A DNA stretch of 64,000 nt, taken from assembly GCA_019429385.1 (NCBI GenBank), contig JAHYIS010000004.1, positions 7,597 through 71,596 of the forward strand. Direction: 5' to 3'. The position numbers were made by a program, and so were the translations under genes. Under the pieces are notes generated by a model. It had not been told where the DNA came from. It searched no databases and saw only the letters and a list, made by a program, of their open reading frames with translations. This DNA is from ANME-2 cluster archaeon (GTDB lineage Archaea; Halobacteriota; Methanosarcinia; Methanosarcinales; Methanocomedenaceae). Shown here piece after piece: positions 18,008-26,476 of the stretch (positions within the stretch are counted from its first letter, which is position 1; every line of letters starts with the position of its first letter).

Positions 18008-19477
18008 ATGAAAAAAACCGGTATAAAAAAAGTTGTATCTGCTACCATGACCACACCTGCATATCCGGATGAACGGGGCCGGAACATCGTTAGACAGAAA
18101 AGGACCCTTAAACAGGAACCTGACCTGTTTGAACATACGCCTGGTAATTATCTTGAATCCGGTATTATCTCCCGCATCCTGAGGTGGCCGCAATACCAGA
18201 CGGCTGTCCATATCCTCACTACTGCCGTATTCCTGCTAATAATCTACTCAGGGCTTACCGGCGGCAACGACCAGAAGATGGTCGAAGGCAGCGTGTTCGC
18301 AACAGCTTTTGTGTGGGATATATGGCACCCGCTCCTGGCCTTTTCCATCCTTATCATCGGACGTTTCTGGTGTTCGGTCTGCCCGTTGGGCGCCATTCAT
18401 TCCTGGGTAAGCCGTACTTTTAGCCTGAACCGCAAATATCCTGAAAAGTTCAGGAATGTGTGGATTGCCATTGCACTGTTCATATTTGTCACTGCTGCCG
18501 AGCGACACCTGTTCAGGTTCACCCGCAACCCTGAGGCTACTGCATTCCTGCTGTTGACCTTCCTTGGCATTGCGATAGTAATGGGCATGGTATACGAGAA
18601 GCGCACCTTTTGCAAATTCGTCTGTCCGACCGGACTGGTGCTGGGAGTGTTCAGCATGATATCCGGCAGTGAATTGCGCTGCTCATCGAAGGATGTATGC
18701 AAGGCGCATAAGGATAAGGAATGCCTCACCGGTAATGAGCACGGTCACGGCTGCCCCATGTACGAGTTCCCCCAGACCATGGAACGCAATAACTCCTGCA
18801 TTTATTGCACCCAATGCATCAAAACCTGCTCAAAAAACAACATCCGCGTGAGTACCCGCCCCCTGGGAATGGACGTGCTTAAATCAAAAAAGGTGTACCC
18901 TGACGAGGCCTTCTTCGTGCATTCAATCACTGTCATAATGTTCTTCCTTATGGGTATGGAACACACGCCGTTCCGTAACAGGATTATCGAACTGGTGCAC
19001 TGGCTGGGTATCGACCGAAACATCATGGCGGTGGTCATCCTGACCGGTATCAGTATATCTGCAGTTCTGTTGATGTACCTGGCAATGCGCGGTACACACG
19101 ACCAGCAACATGCCCGGAACCGGTTCGTATCCTATTCCTACGCGTTCATACCTCTGGGACTGGCCGCATACATGGCATGGAACCTGTTCAAACTGATTCG
19201 GGGCATCTTCTTTGGGATGTATGAAGTCACTCACTGGGCCGGGTTGAACATCATCAACGGCAATCCATCCCTGGACTACGGGACCATTAACCTGTTACAG
19301 ATACTGATATTGATTGCCGGGTTTGTATTTTCCCTCTGGTTAGGATATGGGCTGTCCCGGAGCCAGAACGGCAACAGACTGGCAGGTTCAGGAATTGCAG
19401 GTGCGTTTGCGGTCATGACTTTGTACACAGCCATAGGTCTGTGGATACTTACCCTGCCTGTGCTGGACATGACCTGA
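18008..19477 (+). CDS. NapH/MauN-like polytopic 4Fe-4S ferredoxin-type membrane protein
   Basis: It has the CxxCP motifs CSVCPLG and CKFVCPTG, the ferredoxin motif CIYCTQCIKTC, and many TM segments including extra C-terminal ones. Confidence 0.7.
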   Translation: MKKTGIKKVVSATMTTPAYPDERGRNIVRQKRTLKQEPDLFEHTPGNYLESGIISRILRWPQYQTAVHILTTAVFLLIIYSGLTGGNDQKMVEGSVFATAFVWDIWHPLLAFSILIIGRFWCSVCPLGAIHSWVSRTFSLNRKYPEKFRNVWIAIALFIFVTAAERHLFRFTRNPEATAFLLLTFLGIAIVMGMVYEKRTFCKFVCPTGLVLGVFSMISGSELRCSSKDVCKAHKDKECLTGNEHGHGCPMYEFPQTMERNNSCIYCTQCIKTCSKNNIRVSTRPLGMDVLKSKKVYPDEAFFVHSITVIMFFLMGMEHTPFRNRIIELVHWLGIDRNIMAVVILTGISISAVLLMYLAMRGTHDQQHARNRFVSYSYAFIPLGLAAYMAWNLFKLIRGIFFGMYEVTHWAGLNIINGNPSLDYGTINLLQILILIAGFVFSLWLGYGLSRSQNGNRLAGSGIAGAFAVMTLYTAIGLWILTLPVLDMT

Positions 19478-19564
19478 TGAATGAAATATTGCATTGACAA
19501 TAATAATCAGAATAATAAACCGACCAAAATACAATGATATAAAAACAGCAGCGGAAGTAATGAA

Positions 19565-20041
19565 ATGAGAACCAAGAAAGCAATAACCCTCGTAGTATTG
19601 GTACTGGTGATAGGCTTCCTGTACCTCACAATGAACAACTCGGTGGTGCTCAGTGATGAGAACTACGCGTACCTGTCAGATTTCCAGTGGCATAAGAACC
19701 TGGATGAAGGTATGGCCATTTCCAGGGAAGAGAACAAACCTGTATTTGTCTATTTCTGGGCCGTTTGGTGCCAGTATTGTGAGAAATTCGAGACCCAGAC
19801 CCTGACCGACCCCCGGATACGGCAGATGCTGGAAGAAGATTTCGTGATGGTGGCCATCGACCTGGACGAGGATAACGTGGTTCCCGCACGGTACGGTGTC
19901 AGTTACCCGCCCCATGAACTGTTCGTGGACGGTAACGGGAAAGTGATCGACAGGGTGGGGGGTTATGTCGATGCCGATTATTTCTACCAATTACTGAAGT
20001 CGGTCAAGGCAAATTACGATTCTACTCATGGAGGACAATAA
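19565..20041 (+). CDS. membrane-anchored thioredoxin-fold protein (CQYC)
   Basis: It has an N-terminal TM anchor and VYFWAVWCQYCEKFE. It is a paralogue of the 15508 gene. Its stop abuts the ccmF start. Confidence 0.8.
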   Translation: MRTKKAITLVVLVLVIGFLYLTMNNSVVLSDENYAYLSDFQWHKNLDEGMAISREENKPVFVYFWAVWCQYCEKFETQTLTDPRIRQMLEEDFVMVAIDLDEDNVVPARYGVSYPPHELFVDGNGKVIDRVGGYVDADYFYQLLKSVKANYDSTHGGQ

Positions 20042-22384
20042 ATGGAGACTGGAGACTCTTTACTATTCCTGGCCATAGTGACAAATGTCATTATACTGGC
20101 CGGTTTGCTACTCAAGGAACTGAAGAATGACGAAACGTTCATGCCCTGGATGACATGGTTATTGAGGGGCGCAACTGCGCTGCTTACCATTGACCTGCTA
20201 TTGTTGACCAGCTACTTCGTGAACTCGAATTTCAGGTATATATATGTCTGGCAGTACAGCAGCCTGGACCTTTCCCTGTTCTATAAGATATCTGCAGTGC
20301 TGGCAGGACAGTCGGGCACGTTGCTCTTCTGGGTGTGGGTCATAGTTGTCTCTGCGTTCTGGCTCAGTGAAAAACACGGCTGGGACACACCGCTCATTCG
20401 CAGGACCCAGCTGGTTACCCTGCTGGTTGGGCTGTATCTGATGATAATGACCTTCAAGATATCTCCCTTCGAGACTATCTTTGTCTCAAACCCATCTCTC
20501 CCTCCGAATTTCATGCCTGATGACGGTTCCGGGCTGAACACCCTGCTCATCACTCCCTGGATGGCGATCCATCCTCCAACCCTGTTCATAGGGTATGGCC
20601 TGATGACCATCCCCTTCGCTGCTGCAATGGTCTATCTGTTCACCGGCGAGAAGGGCTGGGAACCCATTGCACGGCAATGGGGCAGGCTCACCTGGTTGTT
20701 CCTTACCTGGGGTATTGCGCTGGGTGGATTGTGGGCATACCTTATACTGGGATGGGGCGGCTTCTGGGCATGGGACCCGGTCGAGACATCCTCCTTCATA
20801 CCCTGGCTGGTACTGACAGGCTTTTTACATGCCATCTCGCAGCACAGGAAGAATGAAATGAATTTCCAGTTGGCTGCACCCTTATTTGCAGCATTTTCCT
20901 TTGCAACTATCATATATGCGGCACTGGTGACACGCAGCGGACTGTTCAATTCGGTACATGCTTTCGGTGAGTCTGATACCGGCACATACCTGCTGGTGCT
21001 GACCCTGATTTCAGTGGTGGTTCCTACGGTCGCAGTAGTGTTGAAATACCTCAAAACAGATCAGCAGGAGCCGCACGGCCCTGATATGAGCTTTAAGGAG
21101 ATCGTGCTGGATGTGTTCGAGAAGCAGAACCTGTTCCTTATCACATTGATATTGTTCGGGTTATTGACCCTGGTATCTGTGTGGGGTATCACGTTCCCGG
21201 TCATACAGCAACTCCTGGCAAGCGAAAAGGTAGCAATGGCGCCCCAGGCTGTGGATTTCTTTAATGTGAATTCCTATCCAGCAGTGATAGTGATGCTCCT
21301 GGTGGCAGGGTATTGCCTGCAGTACACCAAAGGCAAAAAGACCGAGTCATTGAAAACACTGGGCGTTGTCGTGGTATTGACGGTTCTGGTTTCGTTCTAT
21401 AAAATGAAGAATTTCCATGTACTGGACCATACCACACCGTTCTACCAGTCCCAGCCGCCGCTGTATCGGTTCCTGGGCGAGATATCAGTATTGTCCATAA
21501 TCCCACCCCTGGGATACATGCTCTATGCGATTTTGCAGACGTTCTCTGACGATGTAAAGAAGTACCATGACAAGAGAAGGATATTGATACGCCGTTCAGG
21601 TATGCTGCTCATCCATCTGGGCGTGGTGTTCATTCTGTTCGGCACGCCTATCAGCGTGTCTTTTGGAAGTACTGCCAGCCCTACCCTCAGTCAAAACCAG
21701 CTGGGTTCACAGGTAGATGTGGGGAACGGGTACAGCCTGATGCTTAATGATGTAAAGACTGCGGCTCCTGTGGGTTCGTATCCCGGGACTCCTATCCGGA
21801 GCATACTGGCAAACCCGCAATCCTATTCAGGCACAACTGTGGAGGTCAGCGGCAAGGTGGTGGAAAAATATGACAGCGGCAGGTATTCTTATCTCACGAT
21901 CGATGACGACACCGGACAGATGCAGATTGCCACGGACCCGGTGGAGATAAACAATGGTGAAGAGATAACTGCCACAGGTCTGATGATGGTCGACTTTGTA
22001 AGCCAGTCTACAGGTGAGGTATACCCTGCAATCCTGTTCTCCAATGATGCCCGCTACCTGACCGTCTCAGGAGGTCTTAACACCCAGCAGGTCTACCTGA
22101 CTGTTTTCAAGAACGGAAGGGAAGTAGGTGACGGATATGCCGAGTACGTGACCGGTCCCAAGGGCAGTGCCACGCATCCAATGGTTGTGCGAAAGCTGAC
22201 AAAGGATATTTACATCCTGTTCCAGGGGAAGAGTGAATCCGGTAGTATTCCCCTTACGTTCAAGCTGATACCTATGGTCAATGAGGTATGGCTGGGGATT
22301 GTGTTCTTCTCGGTCGGGATCAGCATGATAATGGTCTATAATCCCAATCCCGGAACAAGGAAAAAGGGACACAAAAAGGTTTGA
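20042..22384 (+). CDS. ccmF: cytochrome c maturation heme lyase CcmF with extra C-terminal soluble domain
   Basis: It has the tryptophan-rich WWD motif LGWGGFWAWDPVETSS and many TM segments. A C-terminal ~200 aa soluble segment (TVEVSGKVVEKYDSGRYSYLTIDDDTGQMQIA, OB-fold-like) lies before the final TM. Confidence 0.85.
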   Translation: METGDSLLFLAIVTNVIILAGLLLKELKNDETFMPWMTWLLRGATALLTIDLLLLTSYFVNSNFRYIYVWQYSSLDLSLFYKISAVLAGQSGTLLFWVWVIVVSAFWLSEKHGWDTPLIRRTQLVTLLVGLYLMIMTFKISPFETIFVSNPSLPPNFMPDDGSGLNTLLITPWMAIHPPTLFIGYGLMTIPFAAAMVYLFTGEKGWEPIARQWGRLTWLFLTWGIALGGLWAYLILGWGGFWAWDPVETSSFIPWLVLTGFLHAISQHRKNEMNFQLAAPLFAAFSFATIIYAALVTRSGLFNSVHAFGESDTGTYLLVLTLISVVVPTVAVVLKYLKTDQQEPHGPDMSFKEIVLDVFEKQNLFLITLILFGLLTLVSVWGITFPVIQQLLASEKVAMAPQAVDFFNVNSYPAVIVMLLVAGYCLQYTKGKKTESLKTLGVVVVLTVLVSFYKMKNFHVLDHTTPFYQSQPPLYRFLGEISVLSIIPPLGYMLYAILQTFSDDVKKYHDKRRILIRRSGMLLIHLGVVFILFGTPISVSFGSTASPTLSQNQLGSQVDVGNGYSLMLNDVKTAAPVGSYPGTPIRSILANPQSYSGTTVEVSGKVVEKYDSGRYSYLTIDDDTGQMQIATDPVEINNGEEITATGLMMVDFVSQSTGEVYPAILFSNDARYLTVSGGLNTQQVYLTVFKNGREVGDGYAEYVTGPKGSATHPMVVRKLTKDIYILFQGKSESGSIPLTFKLIPMVNEVWLGIVFFSVGISMIMVYNPNPGTRKKGHKKV

Positions 22385-22400
22385 GGGGGATGTCCCCCTC
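22383..22400 (+). terminator. GC hairpin overlapping the ccmF stop, followed by a T-rich tail
   Basis: The sequence gagggggatgtccccctc has a 7-8 bp stem and is followed by tggtatttta. Confidence 0.35.
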
Positions 22401-22556
22401 TGGTATTTTAATCCCCTGGTCCTTGTTGAGATTACGTGGGGGTAAGCTGGTGAATTATTGAAATTGATATTTTGAGACGGATGTGGTTATTATAATTATT
22501 AATCATATCAATTCGGAATGTATATGTATGATTAATAGCTATACATTCTATGCGTA

Positions 22557-22781
22557 GTGGGGAGATATCAGATGGAAGAACTTGAAGGCAATACAATTTC
22601 AATCGGCGATAGGGTAAAAGTGCTCTGGAACTTTGATAACAGGATGCACATGGGTAAAATTATTGGCATTAAGAATAATGTTGTCACTATCGCATCAAAT
22701 GAGGTGCCTGAGGAGGGGTTTCTTGTACCTCCCAAGATAACCATAAGTGACCATTCAAAAATATTTAAATTGCCTGAATAA
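22557..22781 (+). CDS. small hypothetical protein
   Basis: It is a 74-aa ORF with a GTG start and an alternative ATG at 22572. A 9-bp inverted repeat lies just upstream. Confidence 0.35.
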   Translation: MGRYQMEELEGNTISIGDRVKVLWNFDNRMHMGKIIGIKNNVVTIASNEVPEEGFLVPPKITISDHSKIFKLPE

Positions 22782-22820
22782 CTGGATACAATTTTCGAAA
22801 ACGAATTCGTGGACTATGAA

Positions 22821-23312
22821 TCAATCGACACGCAGCAACCTCAATCCATACAACAAAAACCCTGGGATGAATAAAATACTACAAAAGATATAAATATCAA
22901 TTCCAGACAAAATGCCATTATTAAGAAAAGGATTGAGATCAGATGGATAAAAAGGCTTGATATCAGAATATAACGTAGAATCAAATAGTATATGCAGATA
23001 TATTCCAAAAAAAGATGCAAACAGGATGCTTCTTAATGATAGATCCTGCGAAACTTTGAAGGTTCGAGCCGGAACCTGGACAAATCTATTTAATTTGATC
23101 ATACAAAATGCAAGACCAATGGCAACAAGAGAACCACCGGCAAAAGAATGGAAAAAACCATGAAGCGGATAGTTAAGACCCAGTAACAGGATGAAAAAAG
23201 GTTCCGGGTCAACAACGATGTTTGCCATTATGAACGTGGGGAAGTGAATATACCTGATCAACAATAAACCGAAAAAAAGCGCCGGGGCAAGATGGAAGGG
23301 TGTAAGTGGCAT
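22821..23312 (-). CDS. polytopic membrane protein, possible membrane-bound metal-dependent hydrolase
   Basis: It has MPLTPFHLAP... and conserved His positions in hydrophobic segments. The family assignment is tentative. Confidence 0.5.
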   Translation of the reverse strand: MPLTPFHLAPALFFGLLLIRYIHFPTFIMANIVVDPEPFFILLLGLNYPLHGFFHSFAGGSLVAIGLAFCMIKLNRFVQVPARTFKVSQDLSLRSILFASFFGIYLHILFDSTLYSDIKPFYPSDLNPFLNNGILSGIDIYIFCSILFIPGFLLYGLRLLRVD

Positions 23313-23591
23313 AATCCTGTCTTTATACGTCCCATCATGACATTAATTTTCCGTACTTGCTCAATAAAGCCGCCATGCTCACTATCTTCGTGCCCGGTTT
23401 TTTGCCAGGAAAAAACATAGCCCTATTCTAACCATCCCATTGACCGCTACAACAGACACCTCCTATCCCAATCCCCATCAGTTAAACTAATGAGGATAAA
23501 ACCCCTATAAAGATACAAGTAAAACCACACCAAAGCGTGGTCAATTACCAATATCAACTGAGTTACCAACACTACTATTACAGGGAAGACC

Positions 23592-24191
23592 ATGGCAGAA
23601 CTTGACGAACTGGACATAAAAATACTCACTCTTCTCCAGGAGGAGGGAAGGCAGTCTTTCAGGGAGGTCGCCAAAAAAACCCACACCAGTGTACCCACCA
23701 TTGGCAGCCGCGTCGAGCGCATGCAGCAGCTGGGCATCATCAGGAGATTCACTATTGATATCGACCAGGAAAAGATCGAAGGGTATCAAAGCGCAGTGCT
23801 GATCATTGATGTCAAGCCATCAGAGTCACAGGCTATCGTTTCCAGGTTATCCGAAATGGATGAGGTCGTGGAGATTTCCGTATCGTCTGACTCGGATTTC
23901 GGCATCATAGCAAAGGTCGTGGGAAGCGCTGACGATGTGATGCGCATCCAGAACTCACTTACCGAACCCGGCATCAATAAAGCGCGGGCCATACTTATCA
24001 GGGATGTCATTAAAAAAGATGCCACGAACATGGCAGCTTCATTGATCAAGATGTCCTGTTCCTACTGCAGCAAGGAGATGGCAGAAGGGGCTGTAAAGAG
24101 CAAGATCGATGACAAGAACTATTATTTCTGCTGTAACACCTGTAAATCCGCGTTTATGGATAAATACCAGGGGTTCAAGAAAAAATCCTGA
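23592..24191 (+). CDS. Lrp/AsnC-type regulator fused to a C-terminal TRASH (Cys-rich metal-binding) domain
   Basis: The N-terminus LDIKILTLLQEEGRQSFREVAKKTHTSVPTIGSRVERMQQLGII is an AsnC-type HTH. The C-terminus reads CSYCSKEM...YYFCCNTCKSAF, which is the TRASH pattern. Confidence 0.8.
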   Translation: MAELDELDIKILTLLQEEGRQSFREVAKKTHTSVPTIGSRVERMQQLGIIRRFTIDIDQEKIEGYQSAVLIIDVKPSESQAIVSRLSEMDEVVEISVSSDSDFGIIAKVVGSADDVMRIQNSLTEPGINKARAILIRDVIKKDATNMAASLIKMSCSYCSKEMAEGAVKSKIDDKNYYFCCNTCKSAFMDKYQGFKKKS

Positions 24192-24240
24192 TTTCGGATA
24201 TGTTGAATGTGCTGTAATGGTACATTCAAAATCCATGTAT

Positions 24241-24627
24241 TCATTCTTCTATTTCTGCTTCATATTTTGACGGGCATTTTACCAGGATGTTGCGGGCATT
24301 GAAAATCCCTTCAACATATTGTCCCTGTACCACGATGGGAAATTCACTGTTAAAACTGTTCGGCAGGCTTCCTATATAATATACATCAAAAGTGCCGGTG
24401 TCATCCGTCATTTTGAACATGAGTTCAGTAGTTTCAGGGACCCAGGATACCGTATTATTTACAACGCTTCCATTCACGCTGATCAACTGTCCTTCATAAT
24501 TCCCATTTTTTACATCGGCTATCTTCATATAACTGGAAATGGAATTTCCCAATCCGGTTATCGTAAGATATCCGATCAGGAGTATAACGGCAGTACCGGC
24601 CATAATGGTCTTATTTTTCCTGTTCAT
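24241..24627 (-). CDS. ccmE: heme chaperone CcmE, CxxxY variant
   Basis: It has an N-terminal TM anchor, an OB-fold-length body and the C-terminal motif VKCPSKYE in place of the bacterial HxxxY. Confidence 0.85.
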   Translation of the reverse strand: MNRKNKTIMAGTAVILLIGYLTITGLGNSISSYMKIADVKNGNYEGQLISVNGSVVNNTVSWVPETTELMFKMTDDTGTFDVYYIGSLPNSFNSEFPIVVQGQYVEGIFNARNILVKCPSKYEAEIEE

Positions 24628-24635
24628 TATAGATA

Positions 24636-24675
24636 TACATTAGGTGTAAAGTATATTATCTTTACGCTTGATGTA
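24636..24675. promoter_or_regulatory. TACA-N5-TGTA dyad (box D) plus a degenerate copy (box E) immediately upstream of ccmE
   Basis: TACAttaggTGTA lies at 24636-24648. The 16-nt string taggtgtaaagtatat is identical to that at box A. TACGcttgaTGTA lies at 24663-24675. The ccmE ATG is at 24627. Confidence 0.55.
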
Positions 24676-24824
24676 AAACGCCCTGTTGTAGGAAAATACG
24701 TCTGAATAACAACCTGGCACCTACGTATGAAAAAAGAATGACAATAAATAAAAGCAGAGGATTGGAAATCCCCGCTTAACCCTGAATTTTCAAAAATGTT
24801 CACAATTATTGAATGGAAACAAGC

Positions 24825-24890
24825 TTATGCACATGAAACGTGGCACTTGCAGGTTCCCTTATTGGCTTTCTTCACTTTTCGAATCACCAT
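24825..24890 (-). CDS. candidate 21-aa Cys-rich precursor peptide (MVIRKVKKANKGTCKCHVSCA)
   Basis: This is my own translation, because the ORF is below the track cutoff. GGTGAT lies 5 nt upstream of the ATG. It sits 79 nt downstream of the rSAM/SPASM gene on the same strand. No other support is available. Confidence 0.3.
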   Translation of the reverse strand: MVIRKVKKANKGTCKCHVSCA

Positions 24891-24969
24891 TAATAATCAC
24901 CACTATAGTTTAGGGAATATTCATTTAAGCATTTTACGGTTTACTAAATGTAAAGTCATTTTTTAATCA

Positions 24970-26214
24970 TCATGCCTGTATGTACTTGTCCGGGTCCACT
25001 CCATTGGCCAGGCACATCAGCGGGTCGGGCGATACCATGCTGCCGCCCCACATTTTTGCCCGGTACCTGCACCCTCCCCGGCAGTCCCTGATACTGGCAC
25101 ATCCGGCACAGTCCAGTTCATCCAGGTCCCATAATTGTTCATCACACAGCCGTTCCCAGGCAGGTAACAACCCCTGTGATATATTGCCCGCAGGTTCACC
25201 GGCAAAGAACCCGCACTTCGCTATATCCCCGTCCGGCATCACCGTACACAGGTGCGACCCGCAGGTATAGTGTCCGGTGCTCTCATGGGCTCCTTCCCCG
25301 AACCCGTATAATGAAAAGATACTGGCTGCCCTGGAGATGTCGGCCATCCATGTTGGATTTTCTGACAGATATCCTGCGTCGCAGGGGAGGTCCACTGACC
25401 ACTGGAGCATATCAAGTGCATTGATGGTCTTTTCAATTTCATCGAACTCATCGAGATTACGGGCATGTATCATGGTAGCTGCCGATACATCTATGCCCTC
25501 GGCTTTCAGGTATCGTACTGCATCCCGGGTCTTCCCGAAGGTCCCCTCGCCCCGCAGCGCATCATGGGACACCGCAGTCCCGTCAATGCTTACCTGTACT
25601 TCATGCACCAGTCCCTGAAGGCGCAGTGCCGTTCCATGGTCAATAAGGGTGCCGTTGCTCAACATCACAATCCTGAGGCCGGATGCTTTCAGGTATTCCA
25701 GGAACTCCCATATGTGGGGATGCAGCAGAGGCTCACCACCCGAGAGCATTATCTTAAGCCCGCCCATTGCTATGAACTCATCCACCATCTGCCTGAAAAT
25801 ATTCATCGTCATATCCTCTCCTCTCATTGCTCCCAGGTAGCAATGTTTGCATTTCAGGTTGCAGCGGGTGGTGGTGTGCACCAGCAGGTAGCGCAGGGAA
25901 GGTATGGGCGATTGTCTGACCTGGAGGTGGCGTGGGGTAGGTCGGTCCCGGAGAACAAAGAGACCTTCTTGTTCCAGGTAATCGAGGAGTTCCAATACCT
26001 CTGGCCTGTTATTTTTTTCCAGGATATCATTCATAGAAGTTGTGCCATCAAATTGCAGCAGGAATTCCAATGCCTCCTGGTCGACCTCATATAGCTGGTC
26101 ACGTGCAGCATCGAAAATGGAGGGTACTTCAAGCAGTTTCAGACTGCAATCTGCTAAAAGTATCGGATATTCGCTGTTACCTGAGTGCATCCAGTACCTC
26201 TTGCGGGCTGACAA
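24970..26214 (-). CDS. radical SAM / SPASM-domain peptide-maturase-like enzyme with N-terminal PqqD-like (RRE) extension
   Basis: It has the CxxxCxxC motif in TTRCNLKCKHCY. The SPASM Cys pattern is CGSHLCTVMPDGDIAKCGFF ... CAGCASIRDCRGGCRYRA. The N-terminal ~100 aa (ALEFLLQFDGTTSMNDILEKNNRPEVLELLDYLEQEGLFVL) resemble PqqD. Confidence 0.85.
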   Translation of the reverse strand: MSARKRYWMHSGNSEYPILLADCSLKLLEVPSIFDAARDQLYEVDQEALEFLLQFDGTTSMNDILEKNNRPEVLELLDYLEQEGLFVLRDRPTPRHLQVRQSPIPSLRYLLVHTTTRCNLKCKHCYLGAMRGEDMTMNIFRQMVDEFIAMGGLKIMLSGGEPLLHPHIWEFLEYLKASGLRIVMLSNGTLIDHGTALRLQGLVHEVQVSIDGTAVSHDALRGEGTFGKTRDAVRYLKAEGIDVSAATMIHARNLDEFDEIEKTINALDMLQWSVDLPCDAGYLSENPTWMADISRAASIFSLYGFGEGAHESTGHYTCGSHLCTVMPDGDIAKCGFFAGEPAGNISQGLLPAWERLCDEQLWDLDELDCAGCASIRDCRGGCRYRAKMWGGSMVSPDPLMCLANGVDPDKYIQA

Positions 26215-26404
26215 CTCTTTTTCTCAACAGGTTCTTAACGATCTTGAATGCAAAGCATTCCAGTATCTTTTCATCGGGTTTGAAGAAATCACAATCATGG
26301 CAAATGAATTTCACCAGTTTGCCATCATCATTGTAGAATTCACTATCGTCAAGGAACTGCTTTTCATGAGCCATTATTTTCAATTGTTCGGTCTTTTCAG
26401 CCAT
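26177..26404 (-). CDS. 75-aa protein coupled to the rSAM gene (function unknown)
   Basis: It overlaps the rSAM start. It contains FICHDCDFFKPDEKILEC. It could be an accessory protein or a precursor. Confidence 0.45.
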   Translation of the reverse strand: MAEKTEQLKIMAHEKQFLDDSEFYNDDGKLVKFICHDCDFFKPDEKILECFAFKIVKNLLRKRVVSPQEVLDALR

Positions 26405-26476
26405 ACAGTCTAAAATCAGATACTCTATTATATTGATTTTGCCTTACACTCGTAAAATATTCCTATCAAGGAACGA

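Noticed and set aside
24796-24966. A 56-codon plus-strand ORF (MFTIIEWKQAYAHETWHLQ...) antisense to the candidate 21-aa peptide.
   Set aside because: It has no RBS-like element and no motif, and it is convergent into the rSAM stop. I did not call it, but it remains an alternative explanation for the open frame in this spacer.
25465-26094. A 209-aa plus-strand ORF, together with several smaller ones.
   Set aside because: They are antisense to the rSAM/SPASM gene.
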